From NCBI RefSeq assembly GCF_004010195.1, contig NC_057718.1, positions 31,643,479 through 31,707,478 of the forward strand: a DNA stretch of 64,000 bases, read 5' to 3'. This document shows positions 38,166-50,228 of this stretch, in pieces. A program made the translations under genes and the position numbers. The stretch comes from Chiloscyllium plagiosum (taxonomy: Eukaryota). How positions within the stretch are numbered: the first letter of the stretch is position 1; each line of letters begins with the position of its first letter. Under the pieces are notes generated by a model. The model was not told the origin of the DNA. It searched no databases and saw only the letters and a program-made list of their open reading frames with translations.

Positions 38166-41100
38166 CAGCATTATAAAGGCACAAGGAATGAGGTTAGGGG
38201 CTCACCAAACAAGCACTACGAAACAATTCCACTTCACTAATCATCTACCCATCTTCCTTCTTTTAACAAATATTTGTAATAGCAAAGATAAAGTATTTCA
38301 TATGAAACCTCCGTACATACCTTGCCTTACTAATTGGAGCAGCCAATGACCTTAGTTATTTCACTTCCATACAACTCAGTGATGTGAACTATGGACATTC
38401 ATAAATATTTCAATAACTGTGGATGTGAATAGCTGAGTCAGCTAAATACAAGAGAAACAATCGATTTGATACATAACTAAGTACATTCCTGATTATTTTT
38501 ATTCATTCATGGGATGTGGAAGTCATTGGCTAGGTCAGCATTATTGCCCATTTCTAATTGACTAGAGAGCAGTTGACAGTCAACCACATTGCTGTGGGTC
38601 TGATGTCACATGTAGGCCAGACCAGCTAAGGGTGGTGGCTTCCTTCCCTAAAAATCATTAGTGAGCCAGTTGAGATTTTCTGACAATTGACAATAGATTC
38701 ATTAGATTCTTAATTCCAGAATATTATCGAATTCCAATTCAAATGTGGTGGGATTCAAACTTGGGTACCCACAACATTAGTTGGGTTTCTGGATTAACAG
38801 TCCAGCGATAATACTATTAGGCCATCAACTTCCCAAATGCAATTAGCTCCTCACTCTAATTTGTTTCACTTGCAATAATTATATGAAAACAAATACTCTT
38901 CAAAATGCTTCAATTTTATCAAAGGATATCACAATTCATAGAAGTCTGTTCGAAGCCTTTCCCTGGTCCCCAAGTTTTTTTTCAGACAAATCTACAACAC
39001 AGAAATTAGGGCATTCAATTCACAAGGCCTATGACACAATCACATAAAGCTCGTTTTCACCTTTCAAGTAATCCTCTCAGACGAGATATTTATTTTCTTT
39101 GGCATTTACTTTATCCAGTTTGCCCTTAACAGCATTTTTCCTTTTAACTTTATGAGGTAGCACGTTACACATTTTAACCACCCTTCGGGGGAAGCTTTTC
39201 TCCTCAGTTCCCCTTTGGACTTAAAATGAGTAAAAAAAAAATCTACCCAAGACTATACCATCAAACCTTTCCATGATCTTAAACTTGTCCTTGGGGGGAA
39301 TGGTCGTGTATTGGTAATATAACTGGCATAGTAATCTAGAGGCCCTGGCTCTGGGGGCCTAAAGAATTGAATCCCACCATGACACCTGATGGAATTTAAA
39401 TTCAATTAACTTTTTTAAAGAAATTATTCATGGGATGAGGGCATGATCCCTAATTGCCCAGAGGGCAGTTAAGAGTCAACCACTTGGTGTAGGTTTAGAG
39501 TCACATGTAGGCCAGATCAGGTAAGGACGGCAGTTTCCTTCCCTAAAGGACATTTGTGAACCACATAGGTTTTTCCAACAACTGACAATGGATTCATGAT
39601 CATTGTTAGATTCTTAATTCCAGATTTTCTTTTTTTAAATTATTGAATTCAAATTCCACTATCCACGATGGTGGGATTTGAGCCTGGGTCACCAGAACAT
39701 TATCTGGACCTCTGAATTACTGGTACTGTAAAATTACCAATAGGCCTTTGCCTCCCCTATCACTCAGAATCCACTGCAACAACATACCCACCACTGCTAT
39801 CAAATTCTTAGGTCTATAAGTTCCCAGGCTCTCGTTATAGCCTTCGGAGTTTCTTATGAAGAGGCTCAACACAGACAAAACATGCATAATACGTACAAGT
39901 TTAAAGTATCACAGATCCTCTATCCTCTTTGTATTGCAAGACAAACAAATTATATCCATTTGTTATAAATGAATGCTCGTTGTCACATCAATTATTATTG
40001 CCCTTCCTTTCCACTTCCATACACACAAATCATTACAGACATTTCCAATAAGAGCAGCACCAATAAGACTACACATGATATGTTGTGCAGTTTGGGTTTC
40101 CTCACCTAAGGAAGGATATACTTGCCACAGAAGGAGGTTTACCAAACTGATTCCTGGAATTATGGGACTATCCTAAGAGGAGACATGGCCTATATTATCT
40201 GGAGTTTTGAAGAATGAGAAGCAATTCCATTGATACTTTCAAAATTCTCCAAGGCAGTAGATGCAAAAATTATGTTTCCCCCTGGCTGTGGAGTCTAGAA
40301 CCAGGGGGAACACAATCGCATAATAAAAGGAAAACCATTTAGGATGAAGATAAGAAGGAGTATCTTTACCCATAGGATGGTGAATCTTTGGAATTATTTC
40401 CCCAGAGAGCTGTGGAATCTCAGTCATTCAGCGAGTTCAAGACAGAAATTCATCCAGTTACTAATAACATCAAGGGTAATGGGGTTGTTGCAGGTATGTG
40501 CTTCTATTTTCCTATGTCCTATTCTTGCACTTCAGCGTATTTGCAATAACGGCCAAAATAACATTGACCATCATAATCGTTTGCAGTAGCTACATGCTAA
40601 CTCGGTGCTCTTTATTCGTAAGTTTGAGGGATAGGACCACATCTATCAATTAGGCATTTTAAAACCGCCTGGACTGATCCTGATGTTCAATAATTTTAGA
40701 TCGTAAAACTCTGGGACAATCAATCACAGTCACAGCCACTTCCAGGGTTCCCAACCTATAATCCTTTTTAAAAATGTAACCTAATTTTCTAAACAACCTA
40801 TTCAGATATTGTTAAACACCACTAGAATCCTGGGTGTCTTGGTCCAGGGGTAGGGATGCTACCATTGTGCCACAATGAGGTTGATATGGAATGTGATTCA
40901 GCTGGGAAAGATCAAATTAACTCTGTTTTCATCTCAACAGATGCTGCCTGATGTGCTGAATAGCTCGAAGATATAAAAGTTTTGTCCTCACAGATTTAAT
41001 TATTCAGTCATGAATGGAATGGAAGGACTTTCCATAGTGCTGCAATGTGTAGCAGTACAAGATGAATATAAGATAAATCCACACATCACACCCCTCATTT

Positions 41101-44100
41101 CAGAAATCACCCAGAATAAGATAAAAATATCCATTGCTTTTTAGCACACTGCTTTGCACTTCAATTACATTTTTAATATTGGAAATTCACCTTCACCTCT
41201 TCTATACATGCTCATTCTAAACCAGCCCTTTTTCTTTGCCATAATGGAAGAATTTACAACAGTTTAAATTTCTTGGCTATTCAGAAGTAATTCCTGATAA
41301 TAACAAATCTAACATTAATTTTCAAGTTCTGTATGAACGAATTTGTATGCTATTTTTGCATTCAAGGATTTTAGCTTTGAACGTTTTATTGTAATGGGAT
41401 ATAACACTTCACTGTAATACAGTGACACAAATTACATTATTTTATACAGATATTTGCCTTACAGGCCTAAGAAAATATCCACCTGGATTCTCTATCGGGT
41501 ACGACTGTCCCTTTTATGTCATCAGACTACATGTGCTTCTGGAAAATTAATATACATTAGCCCACATTATCTTTCTTGACTATATTATACAAATCCAAGA
41601 GCTTTTTTGTTTGGATCATCAGCAGTGAAATTCAGCAGATGGGTCTATTGAAAAATATGTCCCAAGATTTCTGAATGCATGAAAGTCACAGCTCTCTAAA
41701 AAAAAACCCAAAGCCAGAATTTTGGATAGCTTTGCGATCAGGAACAATGATATGAAATGACAACCACCTGAAACCTCCATGATGCTACTTCCCCATGCAC
41801 AGCTGACCATCAGCTGCTATCTGCAGTTGTTGATTGCTGGAGATGACTATACAGAAACAATGCCTGGGACATGTAACAGCTGCCTGTACTGTGAAGGATT
41901 TGGAAAACATAAACGAGACTTCTGAAATCAGTACAAAATATAGTTAGTATGGATATATATGTAAATTAAAAATAGCGGAAGCTTTACAAACATTTTGGTT
42001 TTTATTTCCTTTCTTAGGACTTGCTATGTCACACATATTCTCATATGCAGAAGAACAACCAACCTGTTTCACTGGCTTGCTGCAAAAGAAAGCAGTCAGC
42101 TGGTTGTGAATGGCCTAGAGTAACTTATCTTCTGGTCTTTCTGTCTCGTCCACGTGGAAAAGAGTCTGTCCTTTATTCCAGCCCTACCATCCCACATCTG
42201 AAAATAACTCAAAGATCACATGAGGGAGCTTCAGTTGTGAACTCATTTCCTACTAAGCTATGTTGATTTATTTTGTATTTAACCACACATCGTTTAATGT
42301 GAAACTATTCAGAAGTTTCTGCAACTGGTGTAAACTAATTAAGACAATAAACACAGTTTAAAGCCTTTAAATTAATAAATATTGTTAGAATGCTAATCAC
42401 CTTAATATATTTTAAATTGCTGTATTTCATTTGAGTAATACTCGCATTAAAGCATTTTTTAGAATTTTGCTTTATTAAAGTATACTTGTGGAAAACGTGG
42501 TGAGGGGCTGGGAGGAAGAATGGGAATAATTCTAATTTTTAAAATTTATCTTGTAAAAGAAATTGCAGTTCACAATTAGTTAATACTTTTGAGCCTCAAC
42601 GCCACCCACTTTGCAGTGGATGATTTGTTGTCTTGAGTTTTTTTTTAAATGGATCAAAGTAAACAGTAACCTCTTGAAGACAGCCTTGCCTTTTCAGAAC
42701 TTATGAGAATCTATTCCTTAAAGAAACCAATGCCTGCTGACTTCTACTGTTTTCACAATGATTATATAACTAATTTTTAGAGAAAAAAACTTCTGAAGAA
42801 CTTTCTGTTGACGTTTCAATAATTGGTTCCATCTTTTTGACTTGAATGGGTATAAAAAATTACCTTGACATGTTAATTTGTATTACTTTTCAAATGTCAT
42901 GCCCCATGCAATGAATAACATAATTCTTCAATGTAGCAAAAATAATAGCTCAAATGTAGATGGCACAGTTAACCATCTATGAAAAGACTATACTTCTTTC
43001 AAATAAAAGGTGGTCTCTATAATCTTGGATCTTCATATTTTAATTAGTCAGAATGTCTTTGTTAAAATTTTAAACTAGACATAACAATGGAATACTTAAT
43101 ACTTTTGGTGTTCTGCTACAATGCTGCCAAAAAGCTCAAGTTGATGTCGAAAGACATTAAAAATATGCATAATCCTGACCTTCTAATCTTGGTAAAAAAG
43201 AAGCAGCAATTCAGAATAGAGTGACAATGTTTGTTTTTAAATTGCATTACTTAACTCAATCCATCAAGAGGTGCAATTACTGTTTAAACCTGGATTTAAT
43301 TTTTAAATGTATGTACTGTAATCCTATACGACAGAACTCAAAAAAAAAGTTTTATTTAACTAAGCTTCATAAGAATAAATTTAACAAACACATCTTTCTA
43401 CAAAAATGTTTCAAAGCTTTTTAACTGTAAAATACAGCATGCTACTTTTAGTCCTTTAAAATCAATCTTGATACACATTAAGACTTCCTGGAAGCAAAAA
43501 TGCAACAGAAAATAAATCTGATTACATACTTAATGCACCACCTTCATTCAAATGAATGTGGGCAGAGGACACTCAGTACAAAAATCAATAGCTATCAACT
43601 TTTAGCTGGGCTCCATGAGCCATGCTATATTGATCTTCAGCCCAAAGGTCAATGCTTAGCACAAAGCTCAACATACCAGTTGAGATATTTTCTGATTTTC
43701 AGAAAACTTTCTTCAAGGGCACAACTGAGTCACTGTATGCACCCTAAAGAGGAGATTCTTGGACGATTAGGGAATGATAGAATCCCAATAGTGATTATAT
43801 AAAGAATAAAGCAAATGACTGGTTCAAATTACATTCTAAACTGTATAACCAAAGCACTCCATTTATAACTGTTCTTAAAGCCCTGACAGCAAACTTCAGT
43901 CTTGAAACCACTGCTATGTACAATGATTTTTATTTTTGTCTTCAGTAAGGGATGTTCACGCTGGTGACTTGAACACAAGTTTATTATTCTAGGTCTATGA
44001 CAAAAATGTTATCAATTATAACATGATTCATGTAATGGCCAGAGCTCTCTGTGCTCCACTTCAATAATGCCCACCTTAACTTACAACCTCAGAGGAGCAA

Positions 44101-44897
44101 GCCTTTAGTACAGGTTGGTATTTTTCATTGCCACTCCATGCAACATGATTGACAATTTAAAACTCGTTTGTGGAGAATTTTTCTTTGCAGATTTGAAAAT
44201 GTATCATCTTCCAAAGAGAATGAGGCACTGCTGTGTGCTCCATGTCACAAAGACATGGCTCACCTCTGCTACACTTGACTGAGCCTTACAATTGGAGGGC
44301 CTCTCAATTCATGCTTGGCATCCTCGGCAAGGCAAGAGGCGGTGGGGTCTGCCTCAGATATGGTGACCTTGGCGAGTCACTGCTCTCAGGACCTAGAATA
44401 TTTAACACTGCAATGTCATTCATTCTACCTACCGCTTGAGTTGACTTCCACTACGTCCCACCCCGCAAGCGCATGTGGTGACGTAGACGATGGTACAAAC
44501 AGTCTTGAGACAGAATACCCCAAAGCCTTGTTCGTTGTAGCCAGTGACTTCAACCAGGTCAACCTCAAGAATGTGTTACCAAAATTCTACTAACATGCCT
44601 CCTGTTGCACCAGAGGTCCGAACATCCTTGACCATTGACCTTGACATCCAACCATAAAAGATGCCTACTGCTCCATCCCTCACCTGTATTTGGGAAAATC
44701 AGACCACAACGCTGTGACCCTCCCAGCTTACAAGCAGAAACTGAAGTGAGGACCTCGTACAGAAAGTAGGACAATGCTGGAAAAACTGAGGAAACAGAAG
44801 GGCTTCTCCAGGACTGGTCCATATTCAAGAACTCAGCTGCCAACCGTTACAGACTTCATTAGTGTGTAAGCAACTACATGCTGAAGAAGTTAATGTG

Positions 44898-45129
44898 GTA
44901 AAAACAATGACTGCAGATGCTGGAAACCAGATTCTGGATTAGAGTGGTGCTGGAAAAGCACAGCAGTTCAGACAGTAGCAAAGGAGCAGGAAAATCAACG
45001 TTTCGGGCAAAAGTCCTTCATCAGGAAGCTGTATTCCTGATGAAGGGCTTTTGCCCAAAACGTTGATTTTCTTGCTCCTTGGATGCTGTCTGAACTGCTG
45101 TGCTTTTCCAGCACCATTGTAATCCAGAA
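44898..45129. mobile_element. Penelope-terminus fold-back with two divergent hammerhead cores
   Basis: Near-symmetrical arms of about 100 bp; CTGATGA on both strands (45018-45024 minus, 45037-45043 plus). TSD tgaagaagttaatgtg / tgaagtagttaatgtg. Confidence 0.9.
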
Positions 45130-46222
45130 TGAAGTAGTTAATGTGAACATTCCCCAACCGGAAACCATGGATGAACCAGGAGATCCACTCCCAACTAAAA
45201 TACAAGTTTGAGGCATTCAAGTTGGGCGACCCGGACCTATACAGGAAATCCAGATATGACCTTCGCAAAGGCATCAGGGACACCAAGAGACAATACCAAA
45301 CTAAGCTTGAGACCCAGACTAACCACACGGACACCCATTGTTTGTGGCAAGGTTTACACAACATAATGGGCTACAAAGCAAAATTGAACAGAATCACAGC
45401 CAACAGTACATCCCTACCCAGCTCAATGTATTCTACAATCGCTTTGAACAGGTCAGCAAAACAATGTCACCAACCCAACAGCCTCAGATGCACCTGTCTC
45501 CACAGTCACCGCCACAAACATTAGATCGGCCTTCTTGAGAGTGAACCCATGGAAAGCAATTGGTTCAGATGGAGTCCTTGTTTGTGCACTCAGATTCAGC
45601 GCAGACCAGCTGGTGAGAGTATTCAAGGACATCTTTTAACCTCTCCTCACTATGATCTGAAGTTCCCACCTACTTCAGATCACCGTCATCCCAGTCCCAA
45701 AGAAAAATCATGCAATGTGCCTCAGTGACTACTGCCCCGTGGCTCTGACATACAAAATTATAAAGTGCTTTAAGAGGTTGGTCACAGGTCACAACTGCAG
45801 GGTCCCAGATTGCCTTGATCACTTGCAATTTGCCTACTGGCATAACAGGTACCCAGCAGATGCCATCTCCCAGGCCCACACTCATCCCTGTAACATCTGC
45901 ACAACAAGGATACATGCAAAAGACTACTATTTATTGACTACAGCTCCATCTTCAACACCATAATCCCAAATAAACTCATCTCCAAACTCCAGGACCTACA
46001 TCTCTGTTCCCCCCGCCCCACCTTAACTGGACTTCCTGACCAACAGACTGCAGTCAGTAAAGATAAGTGACAAAACCCCCTTCACAATAATGCTCAATAC
46101 CGGTGCCCCACAAAGCTGTATACTCAGCCTCCTGCTATACCCCTTATACACAAGTGACTGTGTGGCCAAATTCTGCAACAACTCCATTTACAGGTTTGCT
46201 GACACCAGTGTGGTAGGTTGGA

Positions 46223-47254
46223 ACATCCCAGATGGCCTCCTTCTTCAAATACTGCAATTTCCCATCCCACGTGGTCGTCGATGCCCTCCAGTGCATCTCA
46301 GCCACCTCTTGCACCTCTGCCCTAGAACTCCATCGCTTCAATTGCAACAAGGACAGAACCCCCATGGTCCTCACCCTCCACCCCAACAACCTCCGGATAC
46401 ATTGCATCATCCTCGCCATTTCCGCCATCTACAAACTGACCCCACCACCTGGGATATATTTCTCTCCCCACCTCGATTCGTGTTCTTCTGTGACTCTCTT
46501 GTCAGGTTCCCCACCCCTCCCCCCCCCCACCAACCCACCCTCCCTTCCCAGTATTTTCTCCTGTCACCGCAAGAATTGCAAAACCTGTGCCCACACCTCC
46601 CCTCTCCGCTTACCTCCATCCAAAGCCCCAAAGGTGCCTTCCACACACATCACCTACTGTGTCCGTTGCTCCCGATATGGTCTCCTCTACACTGGGGAGA
46701 GGGATCGCCTACTAGCGGAACGTTTCAGAGAACATCTCCAGGACACACGCATGAAACAACCCCACTGTCCCGTGGCTGAACACTTTAACTCACCCTCTCA
46801 CTTTCCCAAGAACATGCACATCCTGTCCCTGCTTCATTATCAAACCCTTACCACCTGACGCCTGGAGGAAGAACGCCTCATCTTCCTCCTTTTGACCCTC
46901 CAACCACACAGGATCAATGTAGATTTCACCAGTTTCCTCATTTCCCCTTCCCCCACCCTATCCCAGATCTAATCTTCCAACTAGAGACCACCCTCTTGAC
47001 CAGTCCCACCTATCCATCTTACTTCCCACATCCACTCCACTCTCCTCTCTGACTTATCACCTTCACCCCCTACTTCATCTACCTATCACTTTCTCAGCTA
47101 CCTTCCGCCCTGCCCCATTCCCTCCCATTTAGCTCTCAGCCCCCTTGACCCACAAGCCTCATTCCTGATTAAAGGTTTAAGCGCAAAATGTTGATACTCC
47201 TGCTTCTCGGATGCTGCCTGTCCAGCTGTGCTTTTCCAGCAGCACACTCTTGAC
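46223..47254 (+). mobile_element. 5'-truncated Penelope-like element with GIY-YIG endonuclease remnant
   Basis: CHRKNCKTC...HITYCVRCSRYGLLYTGE...ERFREH...PVAEHFN. Its 3' UTR ends in the same terminus as the mini-insertions (degenerate ctgatta core near 47165). Flanked by ttgga/ttgga inside the Rex1 RT. Confidence 0.88.
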
Positions 47255-47980
47255 TTGGAGCTCAAACAATGATGAGACAGAGTACCAGAAGGAGATAATG
47301 AACTTAACAACATGGTGTAAAGACAACAATCTCACCATCAAAAGTAGCAAAACCAAGGAAATGGTAATTGACTTCAGAAAGCGAAGCAGAGGACATGCCC
47401 TGTCTGCATCAATGGTCAATGGTCAAAAGCTTCAAGTTCCTGGGTGTGACGATCACCAACAATCTGTCCTAGTCCACGCATGTTGACACTATGGTCAAGA
47501 AAGCACACCAACGCTTCTACTTCCTCAGAAGACTAAAAAAATTTCAACATGTCTACAAAGATGCAACAAAAGAAAGCATCCTATCGGGACGCACCAGAGC
47601 GAGGTATGGCAACTGCTCTTCCCATGACTGAAAGAAACTACTGAGTTGTGAACACAGCCCCAGCTTTCGTCCAAACCAGCCTCCCAACCATTGACTCCAT
47701 CTATATTTTCCGCTGTATCGGGAAGGCAAGCAACATAATCAAAGACCCCTCCCACTCTGGTTGTACTCGCTTCTACCCTCTTGCATTGGGCTTGTATACA
47801 TGTACAAACAGATTCAAGAACAGCTTCTTCCCTGCTGTTATTAGACTTTTGAATGGACTCCTCTAATATTAATGTTGATCTCTCTCTGCACCTTTTTGGC
47901 AGCTGTAACACTGTATCCTGCATTCTGTTCAGTTACCCTGAAGCACTTGTATAATACTGTAAAGTATGTAAGACAACATG

Positions 47981-48133
47981 AGTCAAGAGTGTGATGCTGG
48001 AAAAAGCACAGGTCAAGCAGCATCCGAGGAATCGTTCATTCTCCGGCACCTTGGATGCTGCCTGACCTGCTGTGCTTTTTCCAGCAGCACACTCTCTACT
48101 CTGATCTCCAGCTTCTGCAGTCCTCGCTTTCCC
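47981..48133. mobile_element. Penelope-terminus fold-back mini-insertion (mirror orientation)
   Basis: Inverted arms with the complete tail on the right. Perfect 15-bp TSD atgtaagacaacatg. Confidence 0.88.
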
Positions 48134-48354
48134 ATGTAAGACAACATGCCACTGTACCTCAGTACACGTGACAATAATAAATCAAATCAAATGAACAGGA
48201 AGTATTCGGAAATTGCTCAAACAAATTTTTCAGCTTAGTAAAAATGCAATAATATTGGGTTTTCTTCAAAGAAACAATATGCAAATTTCAACAATCTATT
48301 TTTCTTACACAGTACTTAACATTTTTATTTGCTGACCGATGCAAAGCTAGACAA

Positions 48355-49170
48355 ACAGCAGAGCAATACAGGTATACAATTTAGCCCCTTCAGTGCACCT
48401 CATCAACAATAAGATCATGGCTGATCTATGACCTAGTCCCTTAAGCCCATCTGTGCTCTATATCCCCCAGTATCTTTAACAAAAATCTATTCATTACAGA
48501 TTTAAAATTAACAATTGATCTAGCATTAATTGCCATTTACAGAAGGGATTTCCAAACCTCGACCACTCTTTTCGAATCCTAATTTTCTCCCCAAAAGGTT
48601 TGATTTTGATTTAAGACTGTATTCTCTAACCTTAGATTCCCCAAGTATTGGAAAATTTCCTACCTTACTCATTGCCTTTTATATCTTGAAAACTTTGATC
48701 AAATCACCCCCTTAACCTTCTAAATCCCAGGGAATTCAACACTAGATTGCTTAAATAGCCTTGTTGTGAATCCTTGAATTTCAGGTAACGTTCTGGTAAA
48801 TCTACATTGCACTCTATCCAAGACTAATACATCATTCCCAAGATGCAGTGACCATAATAGCTCACAGATGCCTGGTGTAGTCTATCCGGAGCTTTGTATA
48901 GATGTGGCATAAATTCTACACCTAATGATTTCTAGACTTCTAGATACATGGGACCAGCATTCCATTAGCCGTTTTGATTATTTTCACGTTCTTGCTTACA
49001 TCATGTTTTTGATATTTAAATGACCTGTGTATATGAACTCTCTATACCTCTTTGGCCTGACTGTTTCTCGCAATTCACCATTTAGAATGTCCTCTGTCCT
49101 ATTTATTATCGGCCCAAGTGAATAGCCTCACATTTGCCTCCATTGAATTGCATTTATCATCTAATCTACT
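48355..49170 (-). mobile_element. Old CR1 3' fragment (similar decayed piece at about 50000-50630)
   Basis: Reverse-complement CR1 3' motifs (agatcatggctgatct, aaatcacccccttaaccttctaaa). Confidence 0.6.
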
Positions 49171-49559
49171 GATATCAATACTGAAGATCCTTCACCCCAT
49201 CTGAAGACCAATTTAGTTAATCTCACTAACTGACACTTCCCCATATTCCTGTGTTTATTTTCTCCGTTGAGTATGCATCAAATTCCAATTGTAAGCTTAT
49301 ATTTTATCCGTATCCACCATACTAATTTGGCAGTTAATAAAATCTCATGTTAGTTCTTTTGCCCATCACGTAAATCTGTGCCTTTGCTTTGTAAGGCCCC
49401 CAGTTGTTGGAAACAGTCTCTTTATTTACACTATCTATATTGATTGTGACTTCAAACATTTCCACAATCTACTCTCAGCTTCCTATGCACGACAAAGAAA
49501 ACTTAACATTCTTCAGTCAATCCACATAATGTCACTGATAGAAACTGTACTGCCTTTCA

Positions 49560-49945
49560 GGATGAGATGTCTTACAGCACCTTACAGCCAATGAGGTATC
49601 TCTGAATTGTGTTCATTGTGTATTGTAGGAAATGCAGCAGACAATTTGTATGCAACAAGTTTGCACAAACAGATGATTTGTTTTTGTGATGTTATTTCAG
49701 GGCCAAACATTGCCCAATATACCACAGATAATTTCCTACAGCTCTTTGAAATCTTTTACATCCACCTAACAGGACAGATAAGACTTTGCGTCAGATTTCA
49801 TTCAAAAGAAGGCAACATGGATAGCACAGCATTCTCTTGTTAGAAGATCAGCCCAGGTTATTTTGCTTAAATTCTGGATTGGGACTTGAATGCACACCTT
49901 TTTCACATGGTGAGTACACAAGCAGCTGAGCCACTGGTGACACAC
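49560..49945 (-). mobile_element. Deu-domain SINE (SacSINE1-like), decayed
   Basis: atcttttacatccacc core and gggacttgaa B-box complement; recognised from memory of the family. Confidence 0.55.
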
Positions 49946-50081
49946 TGTATAAATTATAACAAGTTTATTTTGTAACCTCACTAAAATTTTCAAAGGCCTG
50001 AAGTGTGATGCTAGAATTTAATATACTGCTACAGTTGGGACTGTTTCATAACAGTTTAGCATAACACTAACTTGTGTACTC

Positions 50082-50228
50082 CGAGGAGAAAAAGTGAGGA
50101 TTGCAGATGCTGGAGATCAGATCATCAATTCCTGAATTGATGAAGAGCTTATGCCTGAAACATCGATTCTCCTGCTCCTCGGATGCTGCCTGACCTGCTG
50201 TGCTTTCCCAGCAACACACACACTCGAC
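50082..50228. mobile_element. Penelope-terminus mini-insertion with short inverted tail
   Basis: Minus-oriented tail gagaaaaagtgaggattgcagatgctggagatcag joined to plus-oriented tgatgaagagcttatgcctgaaac...; flanking repeat tgtactc. Confidence 0.8.

Larger units (their letters stand above)
44130..48193 (+). mobile_element. Decayed Rex1/Babar non-LTR retrotransposon with three nested insertions
   Basis: GKARGGGVCL and FVVASDFNQVNL (endonuclease); LNTGAPQSCILS..YTSDCVAK..YRFAD and SNNDETEYQKEI..KTKEMVIDFRKR (RT); tail aataaatcaaatcaaat. Confidence 0.85.

Noticed and set aside
26500..50228. Hairpin elements as miRNA genes or classical MITEs
   Set aside because: The arms are retroelement termini with asymmetric ends and long variable TSDs, unlike fixed-TIR MITEs, and there is no miRNA evidence.
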